A stretch of DNA of 25,385 bases from a virus (IMGVR_UViG_2657245081_000005); one strand, 5' to 3'; shown: positions 1 through 8,571, counted from the first letter of the stretch. The notes: generated from the letters alone by a model not told the origin. A program made the numbers and translations.

Positions 1-264
1 ATGAAGAAGCGTTTTTCCGACGAACAGATCATCAGTATTCTCCGCGAAGCCGAAGCTGGGGTACCCGCCCGTGAACTCTGCCGCAAGCATGCCATTTCCG
101 ATGCCACGTTTTACACCTGGCGTAAGAAGTATGGCGGTATGGAGGTGCCTGAAGTTAAGCGCCTGAAGTCGCTTGAGGAAGAGAACGCCAGACTCAAGAA
201 GCTGCTTGCCGAAGCCATGCTGGATAAAGAGGCGCTTCAGGTGGCTCTTGGGCGAAAGTACTGA
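1..264 (+). CDS. IS3-family transposase OrfA (HTH DNA-binding subunit)
   Basis: 87-aa ORF MKKRFSDEQIISILREAEAGVPARELCRKHAISDATFYTWRKKYGG..., HTH plus leucine-zipper-like pattern of IS3/IS407-group OrfA; stop TGA at 262-264. Confidence 0.85.
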   Translation: MKKRFSDEQIISILREAEAGVPARELCRKHAISDATFYTWRKKYGGMEVPEVKRLKSLEEENARLKKLLAEAMLDKEALQVALGRKY

Positions 265-287
265 CGACAGACCAGAAGCGGGAAGCC

Positions 288-771
288 GTGATGTTGATGT
301 GTGATGCGACCGGTCTGTCGCAACGTCGTGCCTGCAGGCTTACAGGTTTATCCCTGTCGACCTGCCGCTATGAGGCTCACCGTCCGGCTGCTGATGCGCA
401 TTTATCAGGGCGCATCACTGAGCTGGCACTGGAGCGCAGGCGTTTTGGCTACCGTCGTATTTGGCAGTTGCTGCGCCGTGAAGGGCTTCATGTTAATCAT
501 AAGCGCGTGTACCGGCTTTATCACCTCAGTGGCCTGGGCGTAAAACGCAGAAGACGTCGTAAAGGGCTGGCAACAGAACGTCTGCCGCTGCTCCGTCCGG
601 CGGCGCCCAATCTGACCTGGTCGATGGATTTCATCATGGACGCACTTTCCACCGGTCGCAGGATCAAGTGTCTTACCTGCGTCGATGATTTCACAAAGAA
701 AGGGGTCCGCTTGGAAAACGGAATCTATGGTCACTCCCGTTTTTGCAACACCGATTTTGACGACAAGTTGG
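288..771 (+). CDS. IS3-family transposase OrfB, N-terminal part (partial)
   Basis: ORF opens with GTG at 288 in the -1 frame relative to orfA; ...RFGYRRIWQLLRREGLHVNHKRVYRLY...LTWSMDF... typical of OrfB N-terminus; ends at N-run. Confidence 0.75.
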
Positions 772-781
772 NNNNNNNNNN

Positions 782-1223
782 TGCAAACATCCGGCGGGTT
801 GCATCCATCCGGGACTGCAATGTTTCCCGGACATCATCCGGTAGATGGCTGTAGGGGTTGCCATCCACCTTATGGCTGCCGCTGTAAATCAGCGTGATTT
901 CCACGCCCTGTTTCTCCAGTGCAGCGCCGTAATTACTGTGAGCCATCATGACGCCGATGGAGCCTGTCCGGGCGGTCTGCGTGACCAGACGCCGGGAGGC
1001 GGCACTGGCAAGCAGCTGACCTGCGCTGCAGTTCATGTCATTGGCCAGCGCCCATACCGGCTTTATGTCACGCACACGGGCGATGATGTCAGCGCAGTCA
1101 AATGCTCCCGCCACCATTCCGCCCGGTGTGTCCATATCGAGCAGAATGCCGTCCACCATCGGGTCGCTGGCAGCCTGTTGCAGACGGGCGATAATGCCGT
1201 TGTAACCGGTCATCCCCGAGTAC
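782..1223 (-). CDS. C: Lambdoid prophage prohead protease / minor capsid protein C (S49 family), internal fragment
   Basis: Minus-strand translation ...GYNGIIARLQQAASDPMVDGILLDMDTPGGMVAGAFD...IYSGSHKVDGNPYSHLPDD... matches lambda gpC as remembered; both ends cut by N-runs. Confidence 0.75.
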
Positions 1224-1233
1224 NNNNNNNNNN

Positions 1234-1525
<292 letters not shown>

Positions 1526-1535
1526 NNNNNNNNNN

Positions 1536-1631
<96 letters not shown>

Positions 1632-1641
1632 NNNNNNNNNN

Positions 1642-1798
1642 TCTTTGAAGTGCTCACACAGATTGTCTGATGAAAAGTGAATAGCAAGGCGTTTACGCGT
1701 TGGGAGTGAGGCTGAAGAGAATAAGGCCGTTCGCTTTCTATTAATGAAAGCTCACCCTACACGAAAATATCACGCAACGCGTGATAAGCAATTTTCGT
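1642..1798 (+). other. rrn operon 16S-23S internal transcribed spacer (tRNA-Glu type), upstream part
   Basis: Non-coding sequence immediately preceding tRNA-Glu, as in E. coli rrn spacers (from memory). Confidence 0.6.
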
Positions 1799-1858
1799 GT
1801 CCCCTTCGTCTAGAGGCCCAGGACACCGCCCTTTCACGGCGGTAACAGGGGTTCGAAT
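1799..1858 (+). tRNA. tRNA-Glu (UUC), 3'-truncated by N-run (60 of about 76 nt)
   Basis: GTCCCCTTCGTCTAGAGGCCCAGGACACCGCCCTTTCACGGCGGTAACAGGGGTTCGAAT matches E. coli tRNA-Glu; anticodon loop CTTTCAC. Confidence 0.85.
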
Positions 1859-1869
1859 NNNNNNNNNNA

Positions 1870-2289
1870 GTTACGAATACAGATCCTCTGGGGTTAGAAG
1901 TTTTTCCTAGACCATTCCCCTTGCCAATTCCATGGCCCAAAAGCCCTGCACAGCAGCAAGCAGATGATAATGCTGCAAAAGCATTGACAAAATGGTGGAA
2001 CGATACAGCATCACAAAGAATATTTGACTCTCTAATATTGAATAATCCGGGACTAGCATTAGATATAACAATGATAGCTTCTCGTGGAAATGTTGCAGAC
2101 ACAGGGATAACTGATCGTGTCAATGACATAATAAATGACAGATTCTGGAGTGATGGGAAAAAACCCGACAGATGTGACGTACTTCAGGAACTAATTGATT
2201 GTGGTGATATTAGTGCTAAAGATGCAAAAAGCACACAGAAAGCCTGGAATTGTCGTCACTCCAGACAGTCAAACGATAAAAAAAGATAG
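1870..2289 (+). CDS. Rhs-family C-terminal toxin tip (domain downstream of the DPxGL junction), 5'-partial
   Basis: Frame is open from the block start; translation begins VTNTDPLGLEVFPRPF... (Rhs core/tip junction motif), then an AT-rich tip ...WWNDTASQRIFDSLILNNPGLALDITMIASRGNVADTGITDRVNDII...; stop at 2287-2289. Confidence 0.7.
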   Translation, partial: VTNTDPLGLEVFPRPFPLPIPWPKSPAQQQADDNAAKALTKWWNDTASQRIFDSLILNNPGLALDITMIASRGNVADTGITDRVNDIINDRFWSDGKKPDRCDVLQELIDCGDISAKDAKSTQKAWNCRHSRQSNDKKR

Positions 2290-2309
2290 CCCTTGTGGAG
2301 GTTCCTGCA

Positions 2310-2555
2310 ATGTCAAATACATACCAGAAAAGAAAGGCAAGTAAAGAGTATGGTTTATATAATAAATGTAAGAAACTAAATGATGATGAATTATTTCGCT
2401 TACTTGATGATCGCAATTCCTTGAAAAGGATTTCATCTGCCAGAGTATTACAGTTAAGAGGGGGGCAAGACGCTGTTAGATTGGCAATTGAATTCTGCAC
2501 TGACAAAAATTATATCCGTAGAGATATCGGAGCATTTATACTCGGGCAAATATAA
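2310..2555 (+). CDS. Putative Rhs immunity-like protein (possibly yibG-like), ending at an in-frame TAA
   Basis: ATG at 2310 preceded by GGAGG; MSNTYQKRKASKEYGLYNKCKKLNDDELFRLLDDRNSLKRISSARVLQLRGG...; the same frame stays open after the stop to the N-run. Confidence 0.5.
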   Translation: MSNTYQKRKASKEYGLYNKCKKLNDDELFRLLDDRNSLKRISSARVLQLRGGQDAVRLAIEFCTDKNYIRRDIGAFILGQI

Positions 2556-2623
2556 ATTTGCAAAAAATGCGAAGATAATGTTTTTAATATTTTGAACAAT
2601 ATGGCATTGAATGNNNNNNNNNN

Positions 2624-2953
2624 TTTTTTGATGGTCGCCCCGCTGTTTTTGATGAGGCGGATTTTCCGGCAGTTGCCGTTTATCTCACCGGCGCTGAATA
2701 CACGGGCGAAGAGCTGGACAGCGATACCTGGCAGGCGGAGCTGCATATCGAAGTTTTCCTGCCTGCTCAGGTGCCGGATTCAGAGCTGGATGCGTGGATG
2801 GAGTCCCGGATTTATCCGGTGATGAGCGATATCCCGGCACTGTCAGATTTGATCACCAGTATGGTGGCCAGTGGCTATGACTACCGGCGCGACGATGATG
2901 CGGGCCTGTGGAGTTCAGCCGATCTGACTTATGTCATTACCTATGAAATGTGA
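2624..2953 (+). CDS. U: Lambdoid tail terminator protein U, 3' part
   Basis: ...[108 protein letters not shown]. Confidence 0.85.
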
Positions 2954-2960
2954 GGACGCT

Positions 2961-3092
2961 ATGCCTGTACCAAATCCTACAATGCCGGTGAAAGGTGCCG
3001 GGACCACCCTGTGGGTTTATAAGGGGAGCGGTGACCCTTATGCGAACCCGCTTTCAGACGTTGACTGGTCGCGTCTGGCAAAAGTTAAAGAC
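2961..3092 (+). CDS. V: Lambdoid major tail protein V, 5' part
   Basis: [44 protein letters not shown]..., 8 bp after the U stop. Confidence 0.85.
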
Positions 3093-3147
3093 NNNNNNNN
3101 NNATCAATGCCCAGGTTACATATAATAATAAGAGCAATTAACTTAAT

Positions 3148-3474
3148 TTATTTTTTTATAATGCGCTTACTTAATACAAACCATTGAATATACCCTCCTG
3201 ACAGAAAATAAAGCCATATTATTATCGCCATAATATACTTACTATCAATCCTTACGCCAATAATGTCTGATACAGTCCCTATAAATATTAGAGCAATAAA
3301 GAATACTATGCCTGTTGGAAAACATATTACCATCATTCCATAAGACATGAGACTAATTAACTCGCTCACATCACGAGTGGAGTCTAATAGTGAAAGTCTA
3401 TGCATGGAAAAGAATAGTATTAAAAGCGATAAAGCCAGCCATATAGCTCTGAATAAAAAAATAATATATTTCAT
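3148..3474 (-). CDS. Small membrane protein, putative cognate immunity protein of the upstream Rhs toxin (possibly ybfB-like)
   Basis: 108-aa [26 protein letters not shown]...MMVICFPTGIVFFIALIFIGTV...AIIIWLYFLSGGYIQWFVL, about three hydrophobic helices; start codon overlaps the toxin stop; AT-rich. Confidence 0.6.
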   Translation of the reverse strand: MKYIIFLFRAIWLALSLLILFFSMHRLSLLDSTRDVSELISLMSYGMMVICFPTGIVFFIALIFIGTVSDIIGVRIDSKYIMAIIIWLYFLSGGYIQWFVLSKRIIKK

Positions 3475-4056
3475 TACATCACTCCGGTGAATACAAATCT
3501 AATAAAACGTCCAATGTTATTTCCGGAGCACTTCATCTTACATGTTTCTAAAGAATCATTAGACCAGTCTTGGCAGTTTTTAAATAGCCCTAAATTTATA
3601 GGTGTGAATATATCAGGCAATACAGAATAACGCGGCCTTACCTCTTTAAACTTCCCTTTTAAACAGTTCTCCACACAACTATTATCGGTTTCAACGAGGT
3701 CACAACGGCCAGCAGCTTCTTTTGTATCATTACTTGCTTTACCTGGCCCCCATAGACCATCTCCTTTTGATTCTCCCCGTTGGTCTTGGCCACCACAAGT
3801 ATAGTCCCCTTTACCATCTGGGACACAAAGATATTGATGATAGAACGGATTCCCCCATATATCTGGACCGCTTCTTTCACCAGTTCCGCCCATTGAATGC
3901 AGTGGCTTAATGCATTTTAGTGTTTCTAATCCTAATGGATCTATATTTGAGATCGGATTCAACGGATACTGATAAAAATTCCATCCCCCTTTCAGCCCAA
4001 TCGGATCCTGAGTGATATATCGCCCCTGCAGCGGGTCATAATAGCGGTGGCGGTTG
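3474..4056 (-). CDS. Rhs-family protein: 3' end of the core repeat plus C-terminal cysteine-rich toxin domain, 5'-partial
   Basis: Minus-strand frame open from the N-run: [43 protein letters not shown] (Rhs core end) followed by about 150 aa with 9 Cys; stop at 3474-3476; GC drops sharply after the DPLGL motif. Confidence 0.75.
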
Positions 4057-4066
4057 NNNNNNNNNN

Positions 4067-4138
4067 GCCGCTCCCGTTATAAACCCACAGGGTGGTTCCG
4101 GCACCTTTCACCGGTATTGCTGGATTTGGTACAGGCAT
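4067..4138 (-). CDS. V: Lambdoid major tail protein V, 5' fragment (second, diverged copy)
   Basis: Minus-strand [24 protein letters not shown]..., differs from the copy at 2961. Confidence 0.75.
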
Positions 4139-4145
4139 ATCGTCC

Positions 4146-4242
4146 TCACATTTCATAGGTAATGACATACGTCAGATCGGCAGAACTCCACAGGCCCGCA
4201 TCATCGTCGCGCCGGTAGTCATAGCCACTGGCCACCATACTG
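4146..4242 (-). CDS. U: Lambdoid tail terminator U, 3' fragment (second copy)
   Basis: Minus-strand ...[31 protein letters not shown]. Confidence 0.8.
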
Positions 4243-4252
4243 NNNNNNNNNN

Positions 4253-4437
4253 GCACTGTAAAGAGAAGTGGCTGCGTACCCTGTGTGAAGTTGATTTCAC
4301 GCCACCGGTAAATGGGGAAACGCTTGAAACTCATGCCCCGGCATTCTGGCGCTGGCTGGACAGGGCAGCCGGGCGCAAGCCAGCAAAACGCGACATTATT
4401 CTCGCAGCGCTGTTTATGGTGCTGGCGAACCGCTATG
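4253..4437 (+). CDS. Hypothetical protein fragment, possibly from a P4/CP4-like island
   Basis: Open frame across the whole block: ...KEKWLRTLCEVDFTPPVNGETLETHAPAFWRWLDRAAGRKPAKRDIILAALFMVLANRY; family not recognised. Confidence 0.3.
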
Positions 4438-4553
4438 NNNNNNNNNNGACTCGCTTCGCTCGCCCTTCGGGCCGTCGCCGCGAGCGGCTCCGTTGTTTCG
4501 CTGCGCTCAACTCAAACCTGCTGCAGGTTCGAATCTTTGAGTATCGCAGATAG

Positions 4554-4581
4554 CAAAAAAGCGCCTTTAGGGCGCTTTTTT
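4554..4581. terminator. Rho-independent terminator hairpin with flanking A-run and T-run (bidirectional), downstream of the minus-strand tRNA-Lys fragment
   Basis: AAAAAAA GCGCC TTTAG GGCGC TTTTTT. Confidence 0.6.
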
Positions 4582-4585
4582 ACAT

Positions 4586-4602
4586 TGGTGGGTCGTGCAG
4601 GA
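4586..4602 (-). tRNA. 3' end of tRNA-Lys (17 nt only; rest lost at N-run)
   Basis: Reverse complement TCCTGCACGACCCACCA equals the 3' terminus of E. coli tRNA-Lys(UUU); very short match. Confidence 0.4.
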
Positions 4603-4957
4603 NNNNNNNNNNTCTCCAATAAGTAGCGGTTATTGCCACCACCAGAGCTGCAAATCTCATGGGTGATGGCCCGGACGGGGTTTGCAGTACCGGCCTTATT
4701 GGAAACCGGCCAGCCCGAAGGCTGCCCCGCCCGGACCACCATTATCTGACAGGAGCCACGGTGTAAGCACCACAGCCCGAAAAATAGGTGTGCCTGAGCA
4801 ACGACATAAAAAAACACGCTCGACGCGTGCTGTGTCGCCAATAAGTTACACGGGCTGCAAATCCCGGCTGCCGATTTTGCGGCAGCAGAAAAACTATAAC
4901 TGGAAAGCTTGCCAGGACGCAAGCCACAAAAAAAGAGATGAGACTGCAAAGCCAGAT

Positions 4958-5135
4958 TCACGCATGGTCTCCTTGCTCGCGGGCTGCAATTCGCGCCGCC
5001 ATCCATGCATTGACCTCCGACTGTACCCAGGCAACATTTTTTCCACCCAGGGAGATCTGCTGCGGGAAGGCATCACGGCTGATAAGGTCGTAGATGGTTG
5101 AACGGGATAGCCCGCAAAGGTGCATCACTTCAGGT
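4958..5135 (-). CDS. AlpA-family prophage transcriptional regulator (MerR-like HTH), 5'-partial
   Basis: Minus-strand ...PEVMHLCGLSRSTIYDLISRDAFPQQISLGGKNVAWVQSEVNAWMAARIAAREQGDHA*. Confidence 0.6.
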
Positions 5136-5145
5136 NNNNNNNNNN

Positions 5146-5503
5146 GACGCCGGACTGTGTGATGTTGTTCGCCGCACTGCGGCCCATATCCACCTCAACC
5201 GGATCGAAGGCTTCACCGGTCATGGTGTATTTGCCCTTGAGCACGGCAGAAACTGCCTGCATCTCTTCGACCTGAGCAATGGCCAGCTCTTCGTCACGCA
5301 TGTTCTGCATGATGATGCGACGGCGGCGGTAAGCCGGGTCCGCCAGATTCTGCGGATCTTCATCCGGCAGGCGACGCAGGGTCATCTGCGGATTCACCTC
5401 ATGCTTGGGTTTGACATATCCCGGCGTAAATTCAGAGGTGGAGCCGCCACGGGAACGGATAACCTCACCGGAAACAATCGGCGAAACGTACAGCGCCATG
5501 TTT
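5146..5503 (-). CDS. E: Lambdoid major capsid protein E, internal fragment
   Basis: ...NMALYVSPIVSGEVIRSRGGSTSEFTPGYVKPKHEVNPQMTLRRLPDEDPQNLADPAYRRRRIIMQNMRDEELAIAQVEEMQAVSAVLKGKYTMTGEAFDPVEVDMGRS... Confidence 0.85.
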
Positions 5504-5596
5504 NNNNNNNNNNTTCCTACCCCCGTTCGGGTCACCACCCATGAGCGTAGGAACTCCGGTGGTGGCATTTACCGCTACTTATTGGAGGTTGCCCTT

Positions 5597-5788
5597 ATGG
5601 CTACGATCCTCGCCCCATCACATCCTCAATTTATATTTGTTTTTGCCGCCGTTCGTCGTGCAGAACGTAAACCACGTATCAGTATGCTGCGTATTGTCGC
5701 CAGCGATGAGTATCATGCACGTCTTTCACTGGTCCATGAGTATGTGCTTTGCCTTGCTGCTCGCCTGCCTGTCCGGGGGGTGATCTAA
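5597..5788 (+). CDS. Hypothetical small protein (63 aa), island-associated
   Basis: ATG preceded by [68 protein letters not shown]; stop overlaps next start (TAATG). Confidence 0.4.
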   Translation: MATILAPSHPQFIFVFAAVRRAERKPRISMLRIVASDEYHARLSLVHEYVLCLAARLPVRGVI

Positions 5789-5963
5789 TGAATCACGCCG
5801 CAATCTCTTATGACGATATTGTCCGCCTGAAGCATCTTCGTAACGTGGGGGAGTTTGTCACCGGAATGGCTGTTCTTCAGGATTGCTACGAAAAACCTGC
5901 CGGTGCTCAATGTGAGCAACTGGTTTCCCTGATTTATCTGATGACAGAGCAGCTTGATGGCGT
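5788..5963 (+). CDS. Hypothetical protein, 5' part; its 3' end appears in the blocks at 10431-10496 and 21834-21899
   Basis: [58 protein letters not shown]...; last 17 nt of this block equal the reverse complement of the ends of those two blocks. Confidence 0.4.
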
Positions 5964-6042
5964 NNNNNNNNNNTGTCGATGCGGGAGGGCAATCCAGCAA
6001 TGGTAATGCACCTGTTTTGCTTTCTCTTGCTCNNNNNNNNNN

Positions 6043-6282
6043 GCTGCTGGAGACGCAGACCGTGGATTTCAGCGTGGGTGCCGAAGGGCTTCGCCATGTG
6101 CCGGGTGATGTTATTGAAATCTGCGATGATGACTATGCGGGGATCAGCATCGGCGGACGCGTGCTGGCGGTGAACAGCCAGACCCGGACGCTGACGCTCG
6201 ACCGTGAAATCACGCTGCCATCCTCCGGTACCACGCTGATAAGCCTGGTTGACGGAAGTGGCAATCCGGTCAGCGTGGAGGT
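6043..6282 (+). CDS. J: Lambdoid J protein, internal fragment
   Basis: ...LLETQTVDFSVGAEGLRHVPGDVIEICDDDYAGISIGGRVLAVNSQTRTLTLDREITLPSSGTTLISLVDGSGNPVSVEV. Confidence 0.8.
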
Positions 6283-6292
6283 NNNNNNNNNN

Positions 6293-6572
6293 ACGCTTCG
6301 GACTGACCATCCGGAACTGTGTCCGGAACAGTCGCGACGGGCTGGTATCCCAGGTGGCCTGAACGAACAGTTCACCGTTAAAGGCATGCATGGCCACACC
6401 TTCCCGAATCATCATGGTGAACGTGCGTTTTCGCTCAACGTCAATGCAGCAACAGTCGTCCTCGGCAAACTCTTTCCATGCCGCTTCAACCTCGCGGGAA
6501 AAGGCACGGGCTTCTTCCTCCCCGATGCCCAGATAGCGCCAGCTTGGGCGATGACTGAGCCGGAAAAAAGAC
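6293..6572 (-). CDS. B: Lambdoid portal protein B, internal fragment
   Basis: Minus-strand ...SFFRLSHRPSWRYLGIGEEEARAFSREVEAAWKEFAEDDCCCIDVERKRTFTMMIREGVAMHAFNGELFVQATWDTSPSRLFRTQFRMVSPKR. Confidence 0.85.
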
Positions 6573-6633
6573 NNNNNNNNNNCTAATTACGGTGGGTTCG
6601 GTGGAAGTAGTTTGTAGTATCCAGCGCAGTATC

Positions 6634-6709
6634 GGGTGATTAGCTCAGCTGGGAGAGCACCTCCCTTACAAGGAGGGGGTCGGCGGTTCGATCCCGTCAT
6701 CACCCACCA
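6634..6709 (+). tRNA. tRNA-Val (UAC), complete with CCA
   Basis: GGGTGATTAGCTCAGCTGGGAGAGCACCTCCCTTACAAGGAGGGGGTCGGCGGTTCGATCCCGTCATCACCCACCA; anticodon TAC. Confidence 0.9.
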
Positions 6710-6753
6710 CTCTCGCCAGCTAAATTTCTTGTAAAAATGTGAAGTACCGAAGT

Positions 6754-6808
6754 GGGTGATTAGCTCAGCTGGGAGAGCACCTCCCTTACAAGGAGGGGGT
6801 CGGCGGTT
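6754..6808 (+). tRNA. tRNA-Val (UAC), second tandem copy, 3'-truncated by N-run
   Basis: Identical 5' 55 nt to the copy at 6634; 44-bp spacer between copies. Confidence 0.85.
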
Positions 6809-6818
6809 NNNNNNNNNN

Positions 6819-7128
6819 ACCCGAAATGACGGTCAGATATTATATCAGCTCTGCTGATTTAACTGCAGAGAAGTTCGCCACAGCAATCCGAAACCACTGG
6901 CACGTGGAAAATAAGCTGCACTGGCGCCTGGACGTGGTAATGAATGAAGACGACTGCAGAATAAGAAGAGGAAATGCAGCGGAATTATTTTCAGGGATAC
7001 GGCACATTGCTATTAATATTTTGACGAATGATAAGGTATTCAAGGCAGGGTTAAGACGTAAGATGCGAAAAGCAGCCATGGACAGAAACTATCTGGCGTC
7101 AGTCCTTGCGGGGAGCGGGCTTTCGTAA
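6819..7128 (+). CDS. ISAs1-family (H-repeat-associated) transposase, C-terminal fragment
   Basis: ...[99 protein letters not shown]. Confidence 0.8.
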
Positions 7129-7173
7129 TCTTGCCTTGGATCAAATACTCCTTACATAATTAAGGAGAACAAA

Positions 7174-7601
7174 ATGGAACTTAAAAAATTGATGGAACAT
7201 ATTTCTGTTATCCCCGATTACAGACAAGCCTGGAATGTGGAACATAAATTATCGGATATTCTACTGTTGACTATTTGTGCCGTTATTTCTGGTGCAGAAG
7301 GTTGGGAAGATATAGAGGATTTTGGGGAAACACATCTCGATTTTTTGAAGCAATATGGTGATTTTGAAAATGGTATTCCTGTTCACGATACCATTGCCAG
7401 AGTTGTATCCTGTATCTGTCCTGCGAAATTTCATGAGAGCTTTATTAACTGGATGCTTGACTACCATTCTTCAGATGATAAAGACGTCATCGCAATTGAT
7501 GGAAAAATACACCGGCATTCTTATGACAAGAGTCGCCGTAAGGGAGCGATTCATGTCATTAGTGCGTTCTCAACAATGCACAGTCTGGTCATCGGACAGA
7601 T
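7174..7601 (+). CDS. ISAs1-family (H-repeat-associated) transposase, N-terminal fragment
   Basis: AAGGAG RBS then [62 protein letters not shown]...; starts 45 bp after the stop of the preceding tnp 3' fragment. Confidence 0.8.
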
Positions 7602-7611
7602 NNNNNNNNNN

Positions 7612-7714
7612 CACGCTGTACTCGGCAACGCCGTCAGGAACCCGGCTCACTTTCACCTTCACGCCGTCGGTGACGGACTGGACCTCCACGCTGACCGGAT
7701 TGCCACTTCCGTCA
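7612..7714 (-). CDS. J: Lambdoid J protein, short internal fragment
   Basis: Minus-strand DGSGNPVSVEVQSVTDGVKVKVSRVPDGVAEYSV. Confidence 0.75.
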
Positions 7715-7724
7715 NNNNNNNNNN

Positions 7725-8049
7725 CACGGTGAAGGTCACCAATGTGGGACGTCCGTCGATGGCAGAAGATCGCAGCACGGTGACGGCGACAACCGGCATG
7801 ACGGTGACACCCGCCAGTGCTTCCGTAGTGAAAGGGCAGAGCACCACACTGACCGTGGCATTCCAGCCGGAGGGCGCAACCGACAAGAGCTTCCGTGCGG
7901 TGTCTGCGGATAAAACAAAAGCCACCGTGTCGGTCAGTGGTATGACCATCACCGTGAAAGGTGTTGCTGCAGGCAAGGTCAACATTCCGGTCGTATCCGG
8001 TAATGGTGAACTTGCTGCGGTTGCAGAAATCAACGTCACCGCCAGTTAA
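7725..8049 (+). CDS. V: Lambdoid major tail protein V, C-terminal part
   Basis: ...[107 protein letters not shown]. Confidence 0.85.
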
Positions 8050-8064
8050 TCCGGAGAGTCAGCG

Positions 8065-8403
8065 ATGTTCCTGAAAACCGAATCATTTGAACATAACGGT
8101 GTGACCGTCACGCTTTCTGAACTGTCAGCCCTGCAGCGTATTGAGCATCTCGCCCTGATGAAACGGCAGGCAGAACAGGCGGAGTCAGACAGCAACCGGA
8201 AGTTTACTGTGGAAGACGCCATCAGAACCGGCGCGTTTCTGGTGGCGATGTCCCTGTGGCATAACCATCCGCAGAAGACGCAGATGCCGTCCATGAATGA
8301 AGCCGTTAAACAGATTGAGCAGGAAGTGCTTACCACCTGGCCCACAGAGGCAATTTCTCATGCTGAAAACGTGGTGTACCGGCTGTCCGGTATGTATGAG
8401 TTT
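8065..8403 (+). CDS. G: Lambdoid tail assembly chaperone G, 3'-partial
   Basis: MFLKTESFEHNGVTVTLSELSALQRIEHLALMKRQAEQAESDSNRKFTVEDAIRTGAFLVAMSLWHNHPQKTQMPSMNEAVKQIEQEVLTTWPTEAISHAENVVYRLSGMYEF... Confidence 0.85.
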
Positions 8404-8571
8404 NNNNNNNNNNACTGCCTGTCGATACTGGTTTACGTTTGTTGAGTCGCCATGTTGCACTCCGGATCAGAGCACTACCTGCGGCACCACCCGTCCGGTA
8501 GCCAGGACTTGAAATGGGTTCGATCCGGCGCAACTTCCCAACAGTCAGGATTATAAATCTCATTATCTTAA

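Larger units (their letters stand above)
1..771 (+). mobile_element. IS3-family insertion sequence, 5' part (orfA plus start of orfB); truncated by N-run
   Basis: Two ORFs typical of IS3-family orfA/orfB, orfB in the -1 frame relative to orfA; inverted repeats not identified. Confidence 0.8.

Noticed and set aside
685-771. IS3 OrfB translation (…CVDDFTKKGVRLENGIYGHSRF…) seemed to depart from the OrfB sequence I expected after the DDFT motif, suggesting a recombinant or disrupted IS
   Set aside because: The impression rests on an uncertain recollection of a reference OrfB; the frame stays open to the N-run and I cannot separate normal family divergence from a junction without an alignment.
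3659-3910. Alternative-frame ORFs 3659-3880 (-) and 3722-3910 (+) inside the Rhs tip
   Set aside because: They overlap the Rhs toxin frame, which is continuous with the conserved core and has the toxin/immunity coupling; these are likely chance ORFs.
6634-6808. Two identical 55- to 76-bp units with a short spacer, considered as a possible CRISPR-like array
   Set aside because: The units are tRNA-Val genes (cloverleaf-compatible, anticodon TAC, CCA end). The REP cluster at 23499-23660 is likewise not CRISPR.
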